Of a stretch of DNA of 40,623 nucleotides, positions 18,163-25,918 are shown in pieces (the first letter of the stretch is position 1; every line of letters starts with the position of its first letter). The translations under genes and the position numbers were made by a program. The stretch is taken from contig JBIJAP010000001.1 of NCBI GenBank assembly GCA_044345715.1, positions 1 through 40,623 on the forward strand. The letters run 5' to 3'. The notes beneath the pieces were generated by a model. The model made no database searches, was not told where the DNA came from, and was given only the letters and a program-made list of their open reading frames with translations. The stretch is from Rubrivivax sp. (GTDB lineage Bacteria > Pseudomonadota > Gammaproteobacteria > Burkholderiales > Burkholderiaceae_C).

Positions 18163-19434
18163 TCAAGCCTGCTCCAGGACCCGGGCGCCTGCGTCGAGTT
18201 TGTCGAAACTGGCCTTGGCGGCCTTGTAGCCGGTCAGGTCGTCCTTGCTGGCGCCGGGCAGGATCACGTTGCCGTAGGCGGTGAGCACGTCGAAGAACTC
18301 GTTGCGGAACGTCAGGCAGTGGGCGCTGCCGTTCTTCAGGTAGTGGCTGGCAATCACGTCCTTCAGCCCGCTGTCGATCAGTTCCGGCTGCATCACGCGC
18401 GAAGCGTGCACGTGGATCTCGGCGTAGTCGGTCTTGAAGCCGTCGGCCAGCCCGGAGTACTTGGGCACGAAGCCGATCCACTGCTGGAGCACGGCGTCCC
18501 ACTTCGAGATCGCTTCGCCGGGCAACACCTGCACACCCGGGTGCGACAGCTTGGCGACGTCGAACAGCGTGCACTTGCCGCCGCTCTTTTCAAGCGCGCG
18601 CAGCAGATGCTCGCCGCCAGCGCTTGCGGCCCAGCGCATGAACGAGTCGGCGACGAAGCGGTTGGTGACCATCTGCTTGAAGCGCTGGCGCACCTCCTTC
18701 AGGCCGGTGCTGGTGTAGGCCGACAGCCGCTGCCAGCTCTGCTCCGACGAGATCACGAAGAAGCCGCCGCCGAACGGGTTGTCGGCCGCCTTCAGCGCGG
18801 TGTCCACCGCGTCGATGGCCTGGTACTGCGAGGCGCTGTTGAAGTAGTCGCCGTCGCCGCTGTGGCTGAGCTGGCCGACGCCGACCAGCCTGGCGCCCGC
18901 CGGCAGCCGGGCCGCCAGGTCGCGTGCCAGGTCGATCGCCATGCCGCTGCCGGTGCCTCCGGCCAGGCCGAACGCCAGGAACACGACCGACGGGCTTTCG
19001 CCGGTCTTCACGTGGTCGGCAAAGCGCTGCAGCAGACCGCCGACCGGTGAGTCGGCGCCCTTGCTGTTCAGCCCGAGGGTTGCCTTGGCGATGGCGCGCG
19101 GAATGTGTTCGCCGGCCTTCGGCAGGGCAACGCCTTTCGGCAGCTTCGGCAATGCCGATGCTGCGGGCACCGCCAACGCCACCGATTCGTAGTGAAAGCG
19201 CTCGGCCGGGATGCCGCGCGACTTCAGGCGTGCCTTCAGCGAACGGGCATAGTCGTCGGGCACCATGATGTCCTCGTCGCCGATGTCGATCAGCAAGGCG
19301 GCGAAGCTGGCGCCGGGCGCGGCAAGCAGGTCTTCGATCTCGCCGGTGCGGATCAGCGCTTCGATGTGGGCTGCGCCGGTGCGGCCGATGCCGACGGCGT
19401 GGATGCGGGTCGCGGCGCTGGGGTTGGTGTTCAT
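18163..19434 (-). CDS. Tubulin/FtsZ-fold protein C (423 aa), shorter paralog of protein A
   Basis: VGIGRTG, FGLAGGTGSG; long near-identical blocks with A (EALIRTGEIEDLL, VTNRFVADSFMR, HPGVQVLPGEA, GFKTDYAEIH). Confidence 0.8.
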   Translation of the reverse strand: MNTNPSAATRIHAVGIGRTGAAHIEALIRTGEIEDLLAAPGASFAALLIDIGDEDIMVPDDYARSLKARLKSRGIPAERFHYESVALAVPAASALPKLPKGVALPKAGEHIPRAIAKATLGLNSKGADSPVGGLLQRFADHVKTGESPSVVFLAFGLAGGTGSGMAIDLARDLAARLPAGARLVGVGQLSHSGDGDYFNSASQYQAIDAVDTALKAADNPFGGGFFVISSEQSWQRLSAYTSTGLKEVRQRFKQMVTNRFVADSFMRWAASAGGEHLLRALEKSGGKCTLFDVAKLSHPGVQVLPGEAISKWDAVLQQWIGFVPKYSGLADGFKTDYAEIHVHASRVMQPELIDSGLKDVIASHYLKNGSAHCLTFRNEFFDVLTAYGNVILPGASKDDLTGYKAAKASFDKLDAGARVLEQA

Positions 19435-19490
19435 GGTCGTCTCCGGGTGAGGGCCCTGATGGGCGGTGGGGGTCGGGGCGGATGCGGTAG

Positions 19491-21707
19491 TCAGCGCGAC
19501 AGCCGCAGCACCATCGGCGGCAGCACACGCGGCAGGCTGTCGATGCGGTCAAGCACGCGGTACTGGCCAGCGCCGAAGATGTGGCGCACGTAGGTGTCGG
19601 CGGCCGGGTCCAGCGTCACGCAGAACACGGCGATGCCACGGCGCCCGGCTTCCATCACGGCACGGCGGGCGTCTTCGACGAGGTAGCGGCGGTCGTGGAT
19701 GTCGATGTCGTGCGGCTCGCCGTCGGTGATGAACAGCAGCAGCTTGCGACGCCGAGCCTGTGCCGCCAGCCGCGTCGTTGCGTGGCGCAGCGCAGCGCCC
19801 ATTCGCGTCGACAGCCGGCTGCGCAACCCGGCGAGCCGGGCGAGGGCGCTGGCACCCACCGCGTCGCCGAAGTCCAGCGCGAGTTCGTAGCGCACTTCGT
19901 TGCGGCCGTTGGAGCAGAAGGCGTCGATGGCACAGACGTCACCGGCATGCTCCAGCGTCAGCGTGGTCAGCAAGGCGGCGACACGCGCCAAGTCGAGGAC
20001 ACTGCCGCCGCTGGCCACCGGGTCGGCGGTCGACGTGGAGCTGTCGATCAGCACCAGCGCGGCGACCTCGCGGTCGCGGTGGTCGAAACGCTGGTGGACC
20101 TTCTCGCCGGGCGGGTGGCGGCTGCGGCGTTCGATGGCCGAGCGCACTGCAGCGTCGACGTCCAACTCATCACCGCGCCACTGCGCCCGCAGCTTGACGC
20201 GTTCGCGCAGCCGGCCAGCGCGCAACACCTTGTCCAGGCGCTGCAGCAGCGAGGCGTGTTGTTCGAGTGCCGCCTGCAGCGCGGTGGGGTCCACACGCGC
20301 CGGCCGGCCTTCGAGCACGGTGCACCAGGCGCTGCGGTAGTCGCCAACCAGGCGGTCCCACTCGCGGTACTGCAACCGCGCCAGCGGCGATTCGGGGCTG
20401 CGTTCATCGGCCGGCGCGGCGCGGCCGCGGGGTGCTGCCTTGCCGTCGTCAGCCTGTGCGTCGTACTCGCGGTCGGTGTCGCTCTGCGGCGGCACCGGCA
20501 GTTCGTCGGCCACCGACTGCAGCTCGGGCGGGGTGTCGTCCGGGGGTTGCCAGAGGTGGCTGTTGTCGTCGCGGTAGGCCGGTTCGACGACGTAGTCGCG
20601 GTGGTTGAACTGCAAGCGCATCTGGCCGATGTCGTTGCCGAGCCTGGACGCGATGTCGCGCAGCAACGCCGGCAGCAGCGTGATCCGCCCGTTCTCGGTG
20701 GCCTCTGCGACCAGCCGCCGCGCCTTCACGACCCAGGGGTGCGGGTCGGCGTAGGCTGGGTCCAGCAGGCCACGCGCCAGCCGCAGCATCAACATGTTGA
20801 AAGACGTGCCGTGCGCCGGCTCGGCCACATGGAACGTCAACCACAGGCCTCGCAGCCCGGGCATTTCGGCACAAGCGATGCCTTCGACGCGGGCGTCTTC
20901 GAGCACACCGACCAGCGCCATCTGGATCGGCTTCAGGCCGCCACGTTCGAAGCGGTGCGTTGAATGGCGCAGGTGCGCTGCGGCGTGTGCCGCAGCGGCG
21001 TCATACCAGCGACGCGCCGCAGTACCGCGCAATGCCCGGCCGGCCTCGGGCAGGTGCAGCCCGAGGTTGCTGAGGAAGGGCCGGCGCGATGCCAACCCGT
21101 GCTCGATCGGCAGCAGCGCCGGGCTGATGTCGAACAGCGCCCGCAGCAGGTAGGCCAGCCGGCCCTTGCTGGTCGCCAGGTCACTGCCTGCAGTGCCATC
21201 CGTGCCGGGCGACAACACCCGCGTCGACTCGCGCGATCGCAGTTCGAAGTGCGCCAGCCGGGCGTCATGGCCGGCTTCATCGTTGTCGGGAACGACCTGG
21301 CCTTGGCGCAGCCCGAGCCGCGCCCACATCAACAACTCGGCCGGCGAGCCGTGGCGCAATACCTCTTCAGAACTGGCCAGCAGCGCCAGCGTGCATGGCC
21401 GCGCGTGTTCTGCCACCTCCTGCACCGCCGTCAGCCATGCCGCCAGACCGCCCGGCCCCGACAGCCGCGGCGCCAGCAGCGCCAGCCGCTGCACGATGGC
21501 GCCGAGCAGCGCTGCATCGGCACCTTGCAGGCGCAACGTGACCAGGCTTTCGGTCAGCATGTCGGCGGCATCGCCGTCGAGCGTGGCGTCGAGCACCTTG
21601 CGCGCGCGGCTCATCTCGATGCCAACGCTGGCAGGCAAGCCGGCGTCAGCCAGCGCGTCGCCCAAGGTCGCGAGCGGATGGCGAAGACGGCGTGGGTCGC
21701 TGCTCAC
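19491..21707 (-). CDS. CbbO/NorD-like VWA-domain adaptor protein (copy 2)
   Basis: [43 protein letters not shown]. Confidence 0.88.
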   Translation of the reverse strand: MSSDPRRLRHPLATLGDALADAGLPASVGIEMSRARKVLDATLDGDAADMLTESLVTLRLQGADAALLGAIVQRLALLAPRLSGPGGLAAWLTAVQEVAEHARPCTLALLASSEEVLRHGSPAELLMWARLGLRQGQVVPDNDEAGHDARLAHFELRSRESTRVLSPGTDGTAGSDLATSKGRLAYLLRALFDISPALLPIEHGLASRRPFLSNLGLHLPEAGRALRGTAARRWYDAAAAHAAAHLRHSTHRFERGGLKPIQMALVGVLEDARVEGIACAEMPGLRGLWLTFHVAEPAHGTSFNMLMLRLARGLLDPAYADPHPWVVKARRLVAEATENGRITLLPALLRDIASRLGNDIGQMRLQFNHRDYVVEPAYRDDNSHLWQPPDDTPPELQSVADELPVPPQSDTDREYDAQADDGKAAPRGRAAPADERSPESPLARLQYREWDRLVGDYRSAWCTVLEGRPARVDPTALQAALEQHASLLQRLDKVLRAGRLRERVKLRAQWRGDELDVDAAVRSAIERRSRHPPGEKVHQRFDHRDREVAALVLIDSSTSTADPVASGGSVLDLARVAALLTTLTLEHAGDVCAIDAFCSNGRNEVRYELALDFGDAVGASALARLAGLRSRLSTRMGAALRHATTRLAAQARRRKLLLFITDGEPHDIDIHDRRYLVEDARRAVMEAGRRGIAVFCVTLDPAADTYVRHIFGAGQYRVLDRIDSLPRVLPPMVLRLSR

Positions 21708-21731
21708 CGTGGGCTGGCCGACAACGCGGCG

Positions 21732-22583
21732 TCAGAACGACGCCGTGACGGCGGTTTCGAGCGCCTGCACCATGTCGGCGTCGTCGGTCATCGGATGCAC
21801 GATCGCCATCCGGCAGGCGGTGACGGGGTCGATGCCGCGTGACATCAGCGCGCCGGCGTGTACCAGCATGCGCGTCGATGCCCCCTCGTCCAGGCCGTGG
21901 CCCTTCAGGCGGCGCGTGCGCTCGCCGAGCGCCACCAGGCGGGCTGCATCGGCGGCGGGCAGCCGTGCTTCATGGGCAACGATCTCGGCCTCGATGGCGG
22001 CTTCGGGGAAGCCGAACTCGATGGCGGCAAAACGCTGCCGCGTCGAGGTCTTCAAGTCCTTCATCACCGTCTGGTAGCCGGGGTTGTACGAGATCACCAG
22101 GTGGAAGTCTGGGTGGGCGTGCAGCACTTCGTTGAGCTTCTCGATCGGCAGCATGCGGCGCGCGTCGGTCAGCGGGTGGATCACCACCGTGGTGTCGGCC
22201 CGGGCCTCGACCACCTCGTCGAGGTAGCAGATCGCACCGTGACGTGCCGCCAGCGTCAACGGCCCGTCCTGCCAACGTGTTCCTTCAGCGTCGAGCAGCC
22301 ATCGGCCGACCAGGTCGCCGGCAGTGATGTCTTCGTTGCACGCCAGCGTGATCAGTGGCTTGCCCAGCCGCCACGCCATGTGTTCGACGAAGCGGCTCTT
22401 GCCGCAGCCCGTCGGGCCTTTCAGCATCAGCGGCAGACGCAGCGCGTGCGCGACGTCGAACAGCGCGACTTCGCCACCGACCGCACGGTAGTAGGGTTCA
22501 CGCGTGATGCGGTACGCGGCGAGCGGGTCGGCCGGCGTGCCGGCCCCGCCCACCGGCCGCGACAACAGCGATGCCGCGGTCAT
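21732..22583 (-). CDS. CbbQ/NirQ/NorQ AAA+ ATPase (copy 2)
   Basis: [34 protein letters not shown]. Confidence 0.95.
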   Translation of the reverse strand: MTAASLLSRPVGGAGTPADPLAAYRITREPYYRAVGGEVALFDVAHALRLPLMLKGPTGCGKSRFVEHMAWRLGKPLITLACNEDITAGDLVGRWLLDAEGTRWQDGPLTLAARHGAICYLDEVVEARADTTVVIHPLTDARRMLPIEKLNEVLHAHPDFHLVISYNPGYQTVMKDLKTSTRQRFAAIEFGFPEAAIEAEIVAHEARLPAADAARLVALGERTRRLKGHGLDEGASTRMLVHAGALMSRGIDPVTACRMAIVHPMTDDADMVQALETAVTASF

Positions 22584-22589
22584 CGGGCT

Positions 22590-23630
22590 TCAGCGGTGGG
22601 CGATGGTCTGGTCGTTCGGAATGCCGTCGATCGGCGCTTCCGAGGTGCCCACGGTGCTGCGGGTGAAGGCCTCGACGGCCTCGCGCGTGCCTTCGGGGTC
22701 GTTGATCCACTTGCTGTAGAACTCGTACGGGCAGGCTGCCACACCCTTGTCGCCCTCGCGCGAGTTGATCAGCCCGGTGTAGCCGCGGTGCACCAGCTTG
22801 AAGAGGTGGTTCTCGCTCTGCGCGTGCTTGCGGAAGTCGCGGATCAGGCTCTTGCTGAGTGCCGCGTACTGGATGCCCATGTCTTCTTCACCGCACTCGC
22901 CCAGCGTGCGGCCATCGAAGCCGATGATCGCGCTGTGGCCGAAGTACGAGTACACACCGTCGAAGCCCGACGCGTTGGCCACCGCCACGTAGGTGTTGTT
23001 GGCCCAGGCCATCGCCTTGGCCATCAGCACCTGCTGGTCTTTGGCGGGGTACATGTAGCCCTGGCAGCGCACGATGAGTTCGGCGCCCTTCATCGCGCAG
23101 TCGCGCCAGATTTCGGGGTAGTTGCCGTCGTCGCAGATGATCAGGCTGATCTTCAGGCCCTTCGGGCCCTCGCTGACGTAGGTGCAGTTGCCCGGGTACC
23201 AGCCTTCGATCGGCACCCAGGGCATGATCTTGCGGTACTTCTGGACGATCTCGCCCTGGTCGTTCATCAGGATCAGCGTGTTGTACGGCGCCTTGTTCGG
23301 GTGCTCTTCGTGGCGCTCGCCGGTCAGCGAGAACACGCCCCAGACCTTGGCCTTTCGGCAGGCCGCAGCGAATATCTCGGTCTCGGCGCCGGGTACCGTG
23401 GCGGCGGTGTCGTACATCTCCTGGCTGTCGTACATGATGCCGTGGGTGCTGTACTCGGGGAAGATCACCAGGTCCATGCCGGGCAGGCCGAGCTTCATGC
23501 CTTCGATCATCTTGGCAATGTTCCTTGCGTTGTCCAGCACCTCGGCCTTGCTGTGCAGGCGCGGCATCTTGTAGTTGACGACTGCGACACCGACGGTGTC
23601 CTTGCTGCTTGAGATGTCGCCGTGGATCAT
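22590..23630 (-). CDS. amiE: Aliphatic amidase (nitrilase superfamily)
   Basis: 346 aa; MIHGDISSS...[12 protein letters not shown]; catalytic triad in FPEYS, YRKIMPW and ICDDGNYPE. Confidence 0.97.
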   Translation of the reverse strand: MIHGDISSSKDTVGVAVVNYKMPRLHSKAEVLDNARNIAKMIEGMKLGLPGMDLVIFPEYSTHGIMYDSQEMYDTAATVPGAETEIFAAACRKAKVWGVFSLTGERHEEHPNKAPYNTLILMNDQGEIVQKYRKIMPWVPIEGWYPGNCTYVSEGPKGLKISLIICDDGNYPEIWRDCAMKGAELIVRCQGYMYPAKDQQVLMAKAMAWANNTYVAVANASGFDGVYSYFGHSAIIGFDGRTLGECGEEDMGIQYAALSKSLIRDFRKHAQSENHLFKLVHRGYTGLINSREGDKGVAACPYEFYSKWINDPEGTREAVEAFTRSTVGTSEAPIDGIPNDQTIAHR

Positions 23631-23707
23631 GGTGTGTGCTCCTGGGGTGGGGGTGGGTCAGGAACGGTGGCGACGCTCAATGGGCGAGCAACGCCAGCCG
23701 CCGGCAG

Positions 23708-23752
23708 AAAACAAAAAAAGCGCCTGAGGAACAGGGCGTTCCTTCAGGCGCT
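23708..23752 (-). terminator. amiE leader intrinsic terminator (AmiR-controlled attenuator)
   Basis: AGCGCCTGAAGGAAC-GCCCT-GTTCCTCAGGCGCT followed by TTTTTTGTTTT upstream of amiE. Confidence 0.88.
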
Positions 23753-23784
23753 GATGCCGGGTTGCCGATCGACGGTGCTGTCGA
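23747..23784 (-). promoter_or_regulatory. Dual hexaloop ANTAR-type element of the amiE leader
   Basis: UCGAC-AGCACC-GUCGA and GGC-AUCAGC-GCC; the second overlaps the terminator 5' arm. Confidence 0.7.
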
Positions 23785-23806
23785 GCGCAAAAAAACTGAT
23801 GAGCGA

Positions 23807-23865
23807 AGGCTAATTTAGGGCGAGACAGACTGTCAAGCCTCATGCCAGAATATTTTCTGAGGAAA
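23807..23865 (-). promoter_or_regulatory. amiE promoter TTGACA-N18-TAGCCT plus operator TTTCTGAGGAAA (23854-23865) in the amiE/amiC divergent region
   Basis: Consensus -35 at 23836-23831; near-perfect palindrome upstream. Confidence 0.6.
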
Positions 23866-23907
23866 ACAACATCGACAGCTGCCCAAGCTCAGCAGGAGCG
23901 CCATCCC

Positions 23908-25071
23908 TTGGCCAACACCGACCCCATCCACGTAGGCGTGCTGTTCTCGCGCGCCGGCATCACCTCTCGAGTCGAGTACAGCCAACTGCTCGGTACGGAC
24001 TTCGCCATCCATGAGATCAACGCCGCCGGCGGCGTCGACGGCCGTGAACTGGTGGCCACCCATCTGGACCCCGAGTGCCTGCCGCAGAACTACCGCTCGA
24101 TGGCAGAGAAGCTGGTGCAGGATGAGCGCATCCGGGTGATCTTCGGCTGCTACATGTCGAGCACACGCAAGGCGGTGATGCCGGTCGTCGAGAAGTGGCA
24201 GCGGCTTCTGATGTACCCGACGCTGTACGAGGGCTTCGAGTACTCGCCCAACATCATCTACACCGGCGCTGCGCCCAACCAGAACAGCGCCCAGCTCGCC
24301 GACTACATGACACGGCACTTCGGCCGCAGGGTCTACCTCGTGGGCAGCGACTACATCTACCCGTACGAGTCGAACCGCATCATGAGCGATTTCATCCTCG
24401 AGCGGCCGGGCGGCGCCAAGCTCGCCGAGCGCTACGTGCGGCTGGACGCCAGCGAGCACGATTTCGCGACGATCGTTCGGGACATCAAGGACAGGCAGCC
24501 CGACTTCATCTTTTCCACCGTCGTCGGCCGGGGCACGCGCTTGCTTTACCAGGCGTATGCCGATGCCGGGCTCGACCCGGCACGCATGCCCATCGCCAGC
24601 CTGACCACCTGCGAGGCCGAGGTGTCCGAGATGGACCCGCGGACAGTCACCGGCCACATCACTGCTGCGACGTACTTCCAGACCGTAGACAGCGCAGTCA
24701 ACCGCCAGTGTCTCGAGCGGTTTCGATCGCTGTATGGTGACGCGATCGAGCCCAATATGTGCTGGGAGGCGGCGTACTTTCAGGTCCACCTGTTCGCTCA
24801 GGCGATGCAGCGATCCGGCTCCGACGAACTAGAGCGACTGCTGCCACACCTGCTCGGCAGCGAACTGGATGCACCGCAGGGCCGGGTCCGCATCGACCCG
24901 GCCAGCCACCACACCCGCTTGTACCCGCGCATCGGCAGGGTCGGCGACGACGGCCGGTTCGTCATCCTCGCCGAGTCGACGGTCGGCGTCGATGCCGACC
25001 CGTACCTCGTCCACCACGCTGCCAACGAATGGAGTATCCGCAACGTGGCGCTCGGAGACGTCGATGCCTAG
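23908..25071 (+). CDS. amiC: Amide sensor / negative regulator AmiC
   Basis: VGVLFS..G, GCYMSSTRKAVMPVVE, YPTLYEGFEYSPN, GAAPNQNS, GSDYIYPYESN; TTG start after AGGAG. Confidence 0.92.
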   Translation: MANTDPIHVGVLFSRAGITSRVEYSQLLGTDFAIHEINAAGGVDGRELVATHLDPECLPQNYRSMAEKLVQDERIRVIFGCYMSSTRKAVMPVVEKWQRLLMYPTLYEGFEYSPNIIYTGAAPNQNSAQLADYMTRHFGRRVYLVGSDYIYPYESNRIMSDFILERPGGAKLAERYVRLDASEHDFATIVRDIKDRQPDFIFSTVVGRGTRLLYQAYADAGLDPARMPIASLTTCEAEVSEMDPRTVTGHITAATYFQTVDSAVNRQCLERFRSLYGDAIEPNMCWEAAYFQVHLFAQAMQRSGSDELERLLPHLLGSELDAPQGRVRIDPASHHTRLYPRIGRVGDDGRFVILAESTVGVDADPYLVHHAANEWSIRNVALGDVDA

Positions 25072-25723
25072 GGACTGCGTCGATCGCGGTGTCGCGGGGC
25101 GGGTGCAGCGCTCCACACCCGACCTGTTGCGCAACCTGCGCAACGCGCGAGTGCTGGTGTTCCACCCGAAGGATGTCGACGGGGAACTGCTGGCCCAGCA
25201 ACTCGAGCGCATCGGCTGCCAGGTCATCACGATGTGGCCGCCGCTGGCAGAACTGCCCGACACCGTCGACGTGGTGTTCTGCGCCGTGCGGCCCGACCAT
25301 GCTGCGGTGCGGTGCCCATGGATGGAAGGCGAGCCGCCAGTGCCGGTGATCGCGGTCATCAACTACGAGAACCCGACGGTCGTCGATGCCGCCTTGCGGC
25401 TTGGCGCCAATGCGGTACTGATCAGTCCGCTGCGGTCGGCCGGCATCCTGTCCTCGCTGGCGATGGCCAAGCACCAGCATGCCGAGTTGCGCGACTCGCG
25501 CCGGCGTGTCGCGCGGCTGGAGCAGAAGCTGCAGTCGGCCAACCAGATCAGCACCGCCAAGGCGATCCTGGTGCGCACGCGCAACGTCAGCGACGAAGAG
25601 GCCTACCGGATCATTCGTGAGCAGGCCATGAGTAAGCGCGCAGCCACAGAGGAGATCGCCCGCGCGATCATCCATGCCGACGGCATCCTCTCGTACACAG
25701 CCCGGGGGGGAGGTCGATGTTGA
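25064..25723 (+). CDS. amiR: ANTAR antiterminator AmiR (pseudo-receiver + ANTAR)
   Basis: QLERIGCQV..WP, YENPT, C-terminal AKAILV...EEAYRIIREQAMSKR; overlaps the end of amiC. Confidence 0.92.
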   Translation: MPRDCVDRGVAGRVQRSTPDLLRNLRNARVLVFHPKDVDGELLAQQLERIGCQVITMWPPLAELPDTVDVVFCAVRPDHAAVRCPWMEGEPPVPVIAVINYENPTVVDAALRLGANAVLISPLRSAGILSSLAMAKHQHAELRDSRRRVARLEQKLQSANQISTAKAILVRTRNVSDEEAYRIIREQAMSKRAATEEIARAIIHADGILSYTARGGGRC

Positions 25724-25918
25724 AGACTTCGATGCTCCGGGCTGTCGACTCGCAGCGAGAAAGTTGGAGCCTGGCGGGTTGATCGCAGCCGTCGTGCAGG
25801 GCTGCAGGCGAGGGCACGGCTTCGGGCTGTTGCACTCACCGCGGCGGATAACCGAGATGGCCCCCCGCTGCTGCCATGTCAACCCGAAACCGGCACACTC
25901 GACGCGAAACCCTCTGCC

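Noticed and set aside
12050-19434. Calling the tubulin-like genes ftsZ, tubZ or btubAB
   Set aside because: AGGTGSG rather than GGGTGTG, no recognisable FtsZ T7 loop (NxDFAD) or C-terminal peptide, no dcw or partition context
9138-22583. Carbon-fixation or denitrification locus suggested by the cbbQ/norQ-like genes
   Set aside because: No cbbL/cbbM, norBC or nirS in the window
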